DNA from: Vibrio alginolyticus NBRC 15630 = ATCC 17749
Lineage (GTDB): Bacteria; Pseudomonadota; Gammaproteobacteria; Enterobacterales; Vibrionaceae
Direction: 5' to 3'
Assembly (NCBI RefSeq): GCF_000354175.2
Contig: NC_022359.1
Coordinates: 480,001-512,000, forward strand
Length of the DNA: 32,000 nt
Every line of letters begins with the position of its first letter. Position 1 is the first letter of the stretch. The translations under genes were made by a program, and so were the position numbers. Below are positions 1 through 8,638 of the stretch, in pieces. The notes beneath the pieces were generated by a model. It had not been told where the DNA came from. It saw nothing but the letters and a program-made list of their open reading frames with translations, and did not search any database.

Positions 1-860
1 CCCCAATGGTGGTGAATTTGATCTCGGGTGTGTTCAACATCATTGGTAACTATATTGCGCTTTACCAGCCATTTGGTTTACTTGTGTATGGCGTGCAAGG
101 CGTGGCAATAGCAACCGTCGTCAGCCAAGTCATCGGTACCTTAATGTTATGGTTTATTCTCGCGCGCAGCAGCATTGAGCTACCAATGTCGACCATGAAA
201 CAAGTGCCCGTAGAGATTTACAAAAAGATCTTAAAAATCGGCGGCATGAACGCGGGTGAGGTGCTGTCTTACAACGTGGCGCAAATCTGCATTGTGTATT
301 TTGTGGTGCAAATGGGGACGGCATCGTTAGCGGCTTTCACTTATGCGCAAAACATTGCCCGTTTCTCGTTTGCTTTCGCGCTGGCAATTGGTCAGGCAGC
401 GCAAATTCAGACTGGTTACTACATCGGTAAAGGTTGGGTGAGCAGCATTTTAAAACGCGTACAAATCTACTTCTTAGTAGGATTTGTGGCATCAACGGCG
501 GCAACCACACTGATTTACCTGTTTAGAGAAGAGATTCTGCGCGTATTTACCGATCAACCAGAGATACTCGCATTGGCAGGTTCGTTAGTCATGGGCTCAA
601 TTTTGCTCGAGGCCGGACGTGTGTTTAACCTGATTTTTATCGCGGGGCTCAAAGGCGCGGGTGACATCAAGTTCCCAGTGCAAATGGGGATTTTGAGTAT
701 GTGGGGACTAGGCGTGCTTTTCTCTTACATCTTTGGCATCCACTTGGGTTATGGCGTTTTAGGGGCTTGGATGGCAATCGCTCTCGATGAATGGGTACGT
801 GGTATCATCATGGCAAGACGTTGGCGCTCTCAGGTGTGGACCAAGTTTAAGGTGAGCTAA
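1..860 (+). CDS. MATE-family efflux transporter, C-terminal ~284 aa (5' end lies upstream of the window)
   Basis: The frame is open from the window edge to TAA at 858-860. The translation is a series of hydrophobic helices (GVQGVAIATVVSQVIGTLMLWFIL, GDIKFPVQMGILSMWGLGVLFSYIF) typical of the second half of NorM/MATE pumps. A strong terminator follows. Confidence 0.8.
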   Translation, partial: PMVVNLISGVFNIIGNYIALYQPFGLLVYGVQGVAIATVVSQVIGTLMLWFILARSSIELPMSTMKQVPVEIYKKILKIGGMNAGEVLSYNVAQICIVYFVVQMGTASLAAFTYAQNIARFSFAFALAIGQAAQIQTGYYIGKGWVSSILKRVQIYFLVGFVASTAATTLIYLFREEILRVFTDQPEILALAGSLVMGSILLEAGRVFNLIFIAGLKGAGDIKFPVQMGILSMWGLGVLFSYIFGIHLGYGVLGAWMAIALDEWVRGIIMARRWRSQVWTKFKVS

Positions 861-905
861 CGGTTTTCGGTATCGCGCATCACGCTTATTCTGTTGTTAG
901 AAAAC

Positions 906-939
906 AAAAAAAGGCACTGATAGTCAGTGCCTTTTTGTT
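906..939. terminator. Bidirectional Rho-independent terminator between convergent genes
   Basis: A 10-bp stem (AAGGCACTGA 911-920 with TCAGTGCCTT 924-933) and 3-nt loop. An A-run lies on the left and TTTTGTT on the right. Confidence 0.85.
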
Positions 940-958
940 ATTTAAAATCGGGAAGACG

Positions 959-2638
959 TTAGAATTCGCACTCAGCTTGGAACACCATGCGCTCTTTGCT
1001 GTATGGATGATCCAGCTCTAGCATCTCAGCATGCAGGTGTAAGCGATTCGATTTTTCGCCGTATAAACCATCACCAACCATCGGCATGTTTAACCCCATG
1101 TGATGAGCACTGTGTACACGTAGTTGGTGAGTTCGCCCGGTTTTCGGATACATATATACCTTGCTGCGTCCATCTTTGACTTCAATCAGTTGCCAGTAGG
1201 TTTCTGCATGTTTCCCGTGTTCAAAACACACCAGTTGACGTGGGCGGTCGTCTGGGTCACCACGCATTGGCAGTGAAATTTCCCCTTCAGGCTCGTTTAA
1301 TACGCCTTCGAGCAGTGCCATATAACGTTTTTGTACGCCGCGAGCCATAAACTGTTTTTGCAGACTTTTGTTCGCGCGCTTAGTTAAGGCAAACACCAAA
1401 ATGCCAGAGGTCGCCATGTCGAGACGATGAATCACAAACGGCCCTTCCACATCAGGGTACATCGCTTGTAGGCGCGTATAAGCAGAGTCCTTGATAGTTT
1501 TACCAGGCACTGAAAGTAAGCCCGAGGGCTTGTTGACGACGACCATAGCGTCGTCTTGGTAGATTATCTCTAGCTCTTTGTCTTCTGCCCAATTCTCCGC
1601 CAATGGGTTAGGTTCGACGTTCAACCCTTGCATCATATGGCCTAAAATCGGCTGACATTTGCTATTACACGATGGGTAGAATTTTTTGTGTTGGCGAACC
1701 TCAGACTTTGGCGAAACACCCCACCAAAATTCTGTCAACGCCAGCGGTTTGAATCCGTGTTTAAACGCGTATTGGAGCAGTTTTGGCGCAGCACATTCCC
1801 CCGCACCTGCTGGTGGGATTGGTTTTGTGGTGTCAGCAAAAATGTCCACCAAGTCGCGTGCTTCGCCATGGTTGTTTAGGAAGCGGTATTGTTTATGCAA
1901 TTTGTGCTGCAAAGCGTTGGAGAGCGTTTTGCGCTGCTCTTTCAGGTGAGCAAGTTGCTGCTCTAACTCAGCCAATCGCGCTTCTTTGATTGCAAGCTTT
2001 TCATCCCACGCTTGCTTTAAGTATTTGAGAACGTTTTTCTCGGCGACACTTTGTTTACCCAATTCATCCAATAAGATTTTGAGGTCATCGGCATTGAGTG
2101 TTTGCTCGCCCTGTTGACGCTGTCGTTTGCGCGCGGCGCGGCCGTCAATCATCACTTGGCGCTGTGTTTGCTCCTCTTGCTGATAAGCGGCTCGGTCGGC
2201 TTGGATTTGCGCTTTAAGATCCGCCAATTCCGGATTCGCAGCACAGGTTTTGTACTCCGCATTGGCGGCGTTGATGGCATCCGTTTCTGCGCGGAAGAAG
2301 CCTTCATCGGTCAGCATGTCGTACACAGGAGGGACAAATCCTGGAATCAAGTTTTGGTCAGCAATTTTGCCAGAAAACGCACTTAAAAAGCCGAGCTCGC
2401 CTTGAGGGCTTTTTACCAGCAATACGCCAAACATTTTGCCTCGCCCCGTTTCTTCATTAACCAAACCAAAATCGTGTTCGAAGTCGGTTTGCGCTAATAA
2501 ATGCTGTTGCAATTGCTTTGCGGCTATAACGCAAAGAGGATGCGGCGTGTAGTAGAACGGAAACGTAAACTGCGTTGGTAATTCATAATCAGAAGTATCA
2601 GCAGTAAAACGAGTAAAACAATGTTCAGGCGAGTGCAT
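959..2638 (-). CDS. RluA-family pseudouridine synthase with a long N-terminal extension (559 aa)
   Basis: The C-terminal ~200 aa carry RluA motifs (VVNKPSGLLSVPG, HRLDMATSGILVFA, KRYMALLEG, GRTHQLRVH). The N-terminal ~350 aa are extra: a coiled-coil-like Q/E/K/R-rich stretch and a Cys/Glu cluster (see findings). Confidence 0.85.
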   Translation of the reverse strand: MHSPEHCFTRFTADTSDYELPTQFTFPFYYTPHPLCVIAAKQLQQHLLAQTDFEHDFGLVNEETGRGKMFGVLLVKSPQGELGFLSAFSGKIADQNLIPGFVPPVYDMLTDEGFFRAETDAINAANAEYKTCAANPELADLKAQIQADRAAYQQEEQTQRQVMIDGRAARKRQRQQGEQTLNADDLKILLDELGKQSVAEKNVLKYLKQAWDEKLAIKEARLAELEQQLAHLKEQRKTLSNALQHKLHKQYRFLNNHGEARDLVDIFADTTKPIPPAGAGECAAPKLLQYAFKHGFKPLALTEFWWGVSPKSEVRQHKKFYPSCNSKCQPILGHMMQGLNVEPNPLAENWAEDKELEIIYQDDAMVVVNKPSGLLSVPGKTIKDSAYTRLQAMYPDVEGPFVIHRLDMATSGILVFALTKRANKSLQKQFMARGVQKRYMALLEGVLNEPEGEISLPMRGDPDDRPRQLVCFEHGKHAETYWQLIEVKDGRSKVYMYPKTGRTHQLRVHSAHHMGLNMPMVGDGLYGEKSNRLHLHAEMLELDHPYSKERMVFQAECEF

Positions 2639-2713
2639 GGTGGGTATCCGCGCGAGTAAAAATTCGAGCGAGGATTGTACCTGTTTGAGTCAGGATTGCC
2701 ATGTCGGTGTTGG

Positions 2714-2746
2714 CACTCGCTCTTGGATTAAGGACAAGAGCGAGTG
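2714..2746. repeat. Perfect 12-bp inverted repeat (hairpin) with no adjacent U-tract
   Basis: CACTCGCTCTTG (2714-2725), a 9-nt loop, then CAAGAGCGAGTG (2735-2746). It lies just downstream of the DsbA-like gene on the minus strand. Neither strand has a T-run after the stem. Confidence 0.7.
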
Positions 2747-2755
2747 GGGAAGAGT

Positions 2756-3376
2756 TTATTGCAGTTTTCGTAATGCAAGCTTCCACTGTGCTGGTTTGTC
2801 GTAGTAGGCCGAGTGCGGCAAGGTCAGGTACTCGCCATTTACTTCTGCAATCAGGGTTGGATAACCACCAACGTGCAACTGGCGCATCAATTGTCGGCTA
2901 GAGCGAATTCTCTCACCTAGTTCGGCTTCGCTTAACGTCATGTTTTGCTCCCACGCATCACTTGCTAAACCTAGCGATTCTGCAATGGCTTTGAGCGTCG
3001 ATGCTTCATTCACTTTTAACCCGAGCTGATAATGCGCAGATTGGATGGCCTTTAGCATGTGCCATGGATTCAGCCCCATTTTTTCCGCACTCAAGATCGC
3101 TTGTGTTGGTAGATAAGAATCAAGAACAAACGCATCTTCGCTTTTCACGCGTTGCAGATATGCTTCACCAAACGTCGCTCCGGTTTCGGTTGCAATACGA
3201 GCGTCACTGTTGATGATGTGCTGACGAAATTCAGGTTCAATCGCGCGTTTCTCAATCATACCGCCGGGATGAAGCTCTACCTTAAATTGAGAGGTGTCCA
3301 TCAAGGCTTCGATGAGTGGTGATGCCCCGTAGCACCAACCACACATGGGATCGAAGAAGTAATGCACGGTTACCAT
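2756..3376 (-). CDS. DsbA/FrnE-like thioredoxin-fold protein (cytoplasmic, CGWC active site)
   Basis: The N-terminus MVTVHYFFDPMCGWCYG places a CxxC motif right after strand 1 and shows no signal peptide. The ATG overlaps the stop of the upstream gene (ATGGTAA, 7-nt overlap), which suggests translational coupling. Confidence 0.75.
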   Translation of the reverse strand: MVTVHYFFDPMCGWCYGASPLIEALMDTSQFKVELHPGGMIEKRAIEPEFRQHIINSDARIATETGATFGEAYLQRVKSEDAFVLDSYLPTQAILSAEKMGLNPWHMLKAIQSAHYQLGLKVNEASTLKAIAESLGLASDAWEQNMTLSEAELGERIRSSRQLMRQLHVGGYPTLIAEVNGEYLTLPHSAYYDKPAQWKLALRKLQ

Positions 3377-4236
3377 GACATTTCACCAGTATGCACTTTC
3401 GCACCGATTTCTAGCGCGATTGGCAATTGAGCTTCTGGGTATTTCGCAGACATGGTGTCAATGAGTTGAACGCTGTTATTGCTGTGTTTTTTCGCTTGCT
3501 GAAAATCCTGCAAGTATTGTTGCGAGTAGCGAATGGTGTCTGCGTTCAGCTTTGTGCCTGCTTTCATGTGACCAGGAATGACCACTTGAGGTTTAAGCGC
3601 AAGCATCTCGCTAAGTTGCTGCTCCCAAGCATTGATGGCGGTCTGGTCAGCGGCATCTGCCATCCACAAATGTACGTTTGAGTACACGGCTACGTTACCT
3701 AGAATCGCTTTGTTATCTGGAATCCATAGGTAAGGGCGGTGTGCTGATGTGCCATGGTTACCACGAATTTCAATCTTATGACCTTCTAGCTCCAATGATG
3801 CTTTATCGTACGCGACAGGGATCACTGGTTTTACCGGTGCGTTTGCGCCAAGCTTTGGTCCCCAGTACGCCAGCTTTCCAGCCAATTTCTCTTTAATAAT
3901 TTTTTGAACCGCAGGCGTTGTGATGATCTGCGCATCAGGGAACTGTTGGTGTAAGGCCTCTGCGCCAAAGTAGTAGTCTGGGTCCGCTTGGCTGATAAAA
4001 ATGGTTTTAAGCGTTTTGCCTGAGTCCAGCACTTTAGCGGCAATGCGCATCGCGTCAGCTTTGGTGAAGCCAGTGTCGATAACCATGGCGTCAGTCTCAC
4101 CGTATACCAAGGTTGAGTTTACGTGGAAGCTGTTACCGTCGGCGTTGTAAACCTCAAGAGTAAGGGGAGAGTGGTTTGCCGCTAGAACAGGGCTTGCCAT
4201 TAAAATGGATGCAGCAATCAAAGTGAATTTTTTCAT
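3370..4236 (-). CDS. Secreted MBL-fold (metallo-beta-lactamase superfamily) protein with a degenerate metal motif
   Basis: Signal peptide MKKFTLIAASILMASPVLA|AN. The layout is MBL-like (AMVIDTGFT ... VIPGHM), but SQADPDYY occupies the position of the canonical HxHxDH motif. Confidence 0.65.
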   Translation of the reverse strand: MKKFTLIAASILMASPVLAANHSPLTLEVYNADGNSFHVNSTLVYGETDAMVIDTGFTKADAMRIAAKVLDSGKTLKTIFISQADPDYYFGAEALHQQFPDAQIITTPAVQKIIKEKLAGKLAYWGPKLGANAPVKPVIPVAYDKASLELEGHKIEIRGNHGTSAHRPYLWIPDNKAILGNVAVYSNVHLWMADAADQTAINAWEQQLSEMLALKPQVVIPGHMKAGTKLNADTIRYSQQYLQDFQQAKKHSNNSVQLIDTMSAKYPEAQLPIALEIGAKVHTGEMSW

Positions 4237-4362
4237 AATAAGCTCCTAAAGAATTTGGGGCCAAGCGACCATGGCTTGGGAACGGGAGCTATATTAGGAA
4301 ATTGATACGCTCGGAAAAATACACAATAATGTGCATCACTATTTCTTATTTCGAGCAAATGT

Positions 4363-5250
4363 ATGGATAGAGTAACGGCAGCAAAAGTGTTTGTGGATGT
4401 GGTGTATTCTGGCAGTTTTACCGCGACCGCAGAACGGTTAGACATGTCTCGGCCAATGGTGACTCGTTACGTAGAGGCGATGGAGAACTGGTTGCAAACT
4501 CGTTTGTTGCACCGCACTACGCGCAAGGTGTCGCTCACCACCGCAGGGGAGCGCAGCTTGCCTCAGATTGAGCGCTGGTTAAAACAGGCCGATACATTAA
4601 CGTCGAACATTGCCGCTGATGGTGAGCTGTCCGGAAAAATCCGTCTTGCGTCTAGTACTTCATTTGGATTCTCACAGTTGATCCCCGTAGTAAACAGTTT
4701 TATGCAAAAGCACCCCAAAGTGCATATCGACATAGATCTGCAAGATTCAGTGAGTGATCTAACCGAACAACGTATCGATCTGGCGATCCGAATTGCGTCA
4801 GATCCCGATCCTTCTTTGATTGGTAAGCCGATTGCGGTGTGCGAATCGGTGTTGGTAGCATCACCGCAATATTTGCAAACTCACCACGCGATCGCGCATC
4901 CGCGAGATTTATCTTCACACGACTGTTTGGGATACAAAAACTTTGAGCGTCACGTGTGGCATTTGTCTCAGGGCGACCAGTTCGAATCGGTGGGAATTGA
5001 GTGTCGCCTAACCAGCAATGAGGCCACGGCGTTATTGCATGGCGCTTTACAAGGCATGGGTATTTCGATGTTGCCAACTTACTTGAGCAATATCTATCTC
5101 AAATCGGGTCAGCTTGAGTCGGTGTTGCCGGATTGGAAGCCAAATGATCTCAACATTTACGCGCTGTATTCATCACGTAAACACTTGTCTCCTGCGGTGA
5201 GAGCTTTCATCGATCACAGTGAAGATTACTTTAAACAGCATCCTTGGTAA
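4363..5250 (+). CDS. LysR-family transcriptional regulator
   Basis: N-terminal wHTH signature (FVDVVYSGSFTATAERLDMSRPMVTRYVEAMENWLQTRLLHRTTRKVSLTTAG) followed by a ~200-aa effector domain. It is divergent from the MBL/DsbA-like operon. Confidence 0.9.
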   Translation: MDRVTAAKVFVDVVYSGSFTATAERLDMSRPMVTRYVEAMENWLQTRLLHRTTRKVSLTTAGERSLPQIERWLKQADTLTSNIAADGELSGKIRLASSTSFGFSQLIPVVNSFMQKHPKVHIDIDLQDSVSDLTEQRIDLAIRIASDPDPSLIGKPIAVCESVLVASPQYLQTHHAIAHPRDLSSHDCLGYKNFERHVWHLSQGDQFESVGIECRLTSNEATALLHGALQGMGISMLPTYLSNIYLKSGQLESVLPDWKPNDLNIYALYSSRKHLSPAVRAFIDHSEDYFKQHPW

Positions 5251-5344
5251 TAGCGAAAGGCGTCGTCATCCCGACTTGAGATTCATACAAGATCCTGTAC
5301 CTTACATGGATATATTTTCGCAGCGTCATTTAGAGTTTTAGTTA

Positions 5345-6148
5345 ATGTCACAAGTTCGCATCAAATTTATTGCTTCCGATATGGATGGCACATTGCTTGA
5401 CCAATACGGTCGTTTGGATCCGGAGTTTTTCGATCTGTTTTTGCAACTGGAAGAGCAAGGTATTTTGTTCTCTGCTGCGTCTGGTCGTCAGTATTACAGT
5501 CTGCGAGACACGTTCGCGCCAATCAAAGACAGACTGTTGTATGTGGCTGAAAACGGCACCTTGGTGATGTACCAAGACAAAGAGCTCTACAGTTGCACCA
5601 TTCCTAAAGCGGAAGTGGCGGAGATTGTGAAAGCGGCTCGTGAAATTGACGGAACGAACATCGTATTGTGTGGCAAGCGCTCGGCGTACATCGAAACGCA
5701 TGATCAGCAATCGCTGGAAGAATTTCAAAAGTACTACCACCGCTGTGAATATGTGCCGGATTTGCTTGAGGTCGAAGACGAGTTTATTAAGGTAGCAATT
5801 TGTCACTTTGACGGTTCGGAAGAGCTCCTGTTCCCGACCATGAACGCGAAGTTTGGCGCAACGCATAAAGTCGTAGTGAGCGCAAAAATTTGGCTGGATG
5901 TGATGAATGCCGAGGCGTCTAAAGGCGCGGCCATTCAGCACCTTCAAGAGACGATGAATTTTACTCCGGCAGAAACAATGACGTTTGGTGATTACCTCAA
6001 TGACCTCGAAATGCTGCAAGTCAGTGAGCATTCGTACGCGGTTGCCAACGCGCACGAAGAGATTAAGAAAATTGCTCGTTATTCTGCGCCAAGCAACCAA
6101 GAGGCTGGGGTACTCAAAGTGATTAAAGAGAAAGTGTTAGCGAAGTAA
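5345..6148 (+). CDS. Cof-type HAD-IIB family sugar-phosphate phosphatase
   Basis: DxD nucleophile motif (IASDMDGTLL), SGR motif (AASGRQY) and C-terminal GDYLNDLEM motif. Length of 267 aa is typical of Cof/YbiV-type enzymes. Confidence 0.85.
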   Translation: MSQVRIKFIASDMDGTLLDQYGRLDPEFFDLFLQLEEQGILFSAASGRQYYSLRDTFAPIKDRLLYVAENGTLVMYQDKELYSCTIPKAEVAEIVKAAREIDGTNIVLCGKRSAYIETHDQQSLEEFQKYYHRCEYVPDLLEVEDEFIKVAICHFDGSEELLFPTMNAKFGATHKVVVSAKIWLDVMNAEASKGAAIQHLQETMNFTPAETMTFGDYLNDLEMLQVSEHSYAVANAHEEIKKIARYSAPSNQEAGVLKVIKEKVLAK

Positions 6149-6183
6149 CGCTCATTTTTTCGATGTTATTTTCTTCTTCACGT

Positions 6184-6220
6184 AAAAAGCCCCGCATACA
6201 CTGCGGGGCTTTGTTTTTTT
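6184..6220. terminator. Bidirectional Rho-independent terminator
   Basis: AGCCCCGCA (6188-6196) and TGCGGGGCT (6202-6210) around a 5-nt loop, followed by TTGTTTTTTT and preceded by AAAAA. Confidence 0.9.
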
Positions 6221-6241
6221 GGGGGGAGTAAGGTTCCCGTT

Positions 6242-6646
6242 TTAGCGTACGTACTTGGCGGTTGCGCTGACTAAAAAGTGTTGCAATTTCCCGTCTGATT
6301 TTGGCACCCACAAGTCGTTATGATAATGGTAAATACGGCCATTGATGGTCACAGACAAGGTATTATCACCCGTTTGCTCCATGCGAATAAACTGATCCGA
6401 AGTGACCAAAAACGGCTCTTGCTCTTCAATGCTCTGGCCCGTTGCCAATACGAAGTAGCCGAATCGGTTGCCAGCATCCGGATCGGTTGAGTAGATTCGA
6501 TGCCCAACTAGGCTGTAGTCGTCGTTGAGTGCTTGCTCAAGCGTTTTTTGCCCGATGGTTTCGTGCGATGGAATAAATACCCAAGCCAACACACCTGCCG
6601 CAATGACTGCCAGTAGAAGCAGTACTTGCATGAACTTTCTCATCAT
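6242..6646 (-). CDS. Hypothetical protein with an N-terminal membrane anchor (134 aa), third gene of the GGDEF operon
   Basis: A hydrophobic N-terminus (MMRKFMQVLLLLAVIAAGVLAWVF) is followed by a ~105-aa soluble domain with no motif I recognise. It starts 9 nt after the GGDEF gene stop. Confidence 0.6.
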   Translation of the reverse strand: MMRKFMQVLLLLAVIAAGVLAWVFIPSHETIGQKTLEQALNDDYSLVGHRIYSTDPDAGNRFGYFVLATGQSIEEQEPFLVTSDQFIRMEQTGDNTLSVTINGRIYHYHNDLWVPKSDGKLQHFLVSATAKYVR

Positions 6647-6655
6647 ATATACCGT

Positions 6656-7753
6656 TTAACGTTGAAATTTCATTTTGTACATGCGCTTATCCGCTATGCT
6701 GATAAGAAAGTCAACATTGTCACTGTCTTTAGGGTATTGCGCTAAGCCCATGCTTGTTGAAAGTGTTGAGACTTTATCGGAGTTTAATATTTGTGCATCA
6801 AAGACGGTATTTATCTGCTCACGTACGTTCTCTTCATTGAGATGTTCACCTTCAAGGATAACCGCGAACTCATCTCCTCCCATGCGATAAACAGTAAAAT
6901 CATTGAGTGTCATAGAATTAAGCCGCCTAGCGATTTCCCGCAGTACAGTGTCGCCAACTTGGTGTCCGTGTGTGTCGTTGATTTCTTTAAAACCATTTAA
7001 ATCTAGAATCCAGAGAGAAAAGGGCCTTTTTTCTTGAGTAAATTTGTTTAGGGTAATGAATAGTGCATTGCGGTTCCCTAGGTTCGTCAAAGGGTCGCTG
7101 AGCGCCAATTTTCTATGAAAATGGGATTCACGATAAAAGAAATAAGTTAGAGAGATAATCGACAAAACGAACGTCGCAAACAACATATATTGTGCTTGCA
7201 TTAAGCGCTGGGTTTGACCTTTTTGTGCTTCATAAGCTTTACTGCTTAGACGGAAGTTTTGATTAACGAAGTCTATTAAGCCTAAATATAGTGTTTGAGT
7301 TGAACGATAAAATGCAGCAGCAGCTTGGCTATCACCTGTTCTAGCTTCTACTAGTTGTTTTTCTAGCTCTTTGAACTCTTCAAAAAGGTTAATGAAGTAA
7401 AGGTGCATGTTGTTCCGAGAAAAGAACTTATTGGCTTTCGTGCTACTGGTCAATAAGTCAAAGCGACTCCACGCTAACTCGTATTGAAGCTCTGCACCAT
7501 CAATATTCAATACGTTTTCATCTAACCGTCTGGCCTCGCCGACAAGTTCTGATAGTTCTTTGGAGAGTTGGAATAAAAACCAAGTCGCTTGTTTTTGTTC
7601 GTTATTAAAATTTTGTGAGAGTGAACGTGTTTGCTGTAAAAGCACGACATTCGCGAGAAGCAAAGAAACGGCAAACACCACCAGCAGCATTTTGCTGGTG
7701 GTAGAATATTGCAATATTCTTTGTTTCTTAGAATAGGGTTCTGATAACTTCAT
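6656..7753 (-). CDS. Membrane diguanylate cyclase (GGDEF domain) with a periplasmic helical sensor loop
   Basis: Two TM segments (about res 22-40 and 189-206) flank a ~148-aa helical region. The C-terminal GGDEF domain has an intact YRMGGDEFAV motif, and no RxxD I-site lies 5 residues upstream. Confidence 0.85.
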   Translation of the reverse strand: MKLSEPYSKKQRILQYSTTSKMLLVVFAVSLLLANVVLLQQTRSLSQNFNNEQKQATWFLFQLSKELSELVGEARRLDENVLNIDGAELQYELAWSRFDLLTSSTKANKFFSRNNMHLYFINLFEEFKELEKQLVEARTGDSQAAAAFYRSTQTLYLGLIDFVNQNFRLSSKAYEAQKGQTQRLMQAQYMLFATFVLSIISLTYFFYRESHFHRKLALSDPLTNLGNRNALFITLNKFTQEKRPFSLWILDLNGFKEINDTHGHQVGDTVLREIARRLNSMTLNDFTVYRMGGDEFAVILEGEHLNEENVREQINTVFDAQILNSDKVSTLSTSMGLAQYPKDSDNVDFLISIADKRMYKMKFQR

Positions 7754-7758
7754 TCTTA

Positions 7759-8217
7759 TTATTTTTCTTTTATTTCATTTACTTGCCATACCATTTGCGC
7801 ATGATATTTATTGTAGTTTAGCTCTGGATAGAGATTGAGTGGATATATCACCCAGAAAGGGCCTTTATTCCTGACTTTTATGTAATTCTGATCTTGTTGA
7901 TAAGCCAGTATTGGTTGATATCGAAGAATATCTTGTCGGGACAATGTCGAGTGATAGTCGTTTAAGCTGCTGATATCAACCTGCTCTGGTACCTTTCCAT
8001 AGACGTGTGTAAGAAGCGTGCTGAGTTTAACGCCTAAAAACTCTGACGAGGCAGGAAGCCAAGGCAATGTCATCGTGTAGCTAGTGGTAGGTAAAGCTTG
8101 GATCTCTTCCAGTTCCAGTATGACACTAGGCTGCTGGCTACTACTAAATACGATCGTATTTGCAGACAAGAATGGCGCAACAAAAAACAGACCTAGCGCG
8201 ACTATCTTTTTCATCAT
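7759..8217 (-). CDS. Secreted small protein, tentatively a YedY(MsrP)/sulfite-oxidase-fold-like domain lacking the Cys ligand
   Basis: Signal peptide MMKKIVALGLFFVAPFLSA|NT. The pattern LEEIQALP..W..GVKLSTLL..ISSLNDY..ILAYQQD..GPFWVIYP resembles the Oxidored_molyb domain. The fold call is from memory only. The gene ends 5 nt before the GGDEF gene. Confidence 0.55.
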   Translation of the reverse strand: MMKKIVALGLFFVAPFLSANTIVFSSSQQPSVILELEEIQALPTTSYTMTLPWLPASSEFLGVKLSTLLTHVYGKVPEQVDISSLNDYHSTLSRQDILRYQPILAYQQDQNYIKVRNKGPFWVIYPLNLYPELNYNKYHAQMVWQVNEIKEK

Positions 8218-8595
8218 ATGCCCTTTTGAGTTTTATTCTTTTTTCTTAGCTAGGACAAAGGTGCTAGCGGTAATTTATTTATAATTATAGAGCCAACCGG
8301 ATGAGATTTTATAATACGTTATGTTTCAAAAATAACTGTCGGTTTACGTCACGTCAAGGTTATTAAGTTGCTTCTTAATTAAAAGCTCAGAGTATTGGGA
8401 TGATGGTAGAGTTTCGTAATGATTTCGCGGTATTTAATTGGTTTTTAGTGCAACTTTGTTTCATTTTTAATAAAGATACTGTGTCGGAAATGAGAATTTA
8501 ATAAGGCGAGAAATGGACGTCGAATTTGTTCTTAAGTTACATTATTTTACATATTTAAATCATCGATATTCAGATATGTATTTGTTAGTACGTAA

Positions 8596-8638
8596 AGAAA
8601 ATAAAGTCACCTAGTTTTGGTGACTTTATTTTTTATTT
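8596..8638. terminator. Bidirectional Rho-independent terminator downstream of frmB
   Basis: AAAGTCACC (8603-8611) and GGTGACTTT (8619-8627) around a 7-nt loop. T-rich tracts follow on both strands. Confidence 0.85.

Noticed and set aside
1686-2386. Four plus-strand ORFs (63-94 aa) antisense to the RluA-fusion gene
   Set aside because: They are short, overlapping shadow frames rich in Arg, Cys and Leu, with no RBS. The minus-strand gene is continuous and bears clear motifs.
5348-6100. A 250-aa ORF lying fully antisense to the Cof-type HAD gene
   Set aside because: The plus-strand product carries all the HAD-IIB motifs. The antisense translation is R/F/L/V-rich with no motif, RBS or own terminator, so it is a shadow ORF produced by the codon bias of the real gene.
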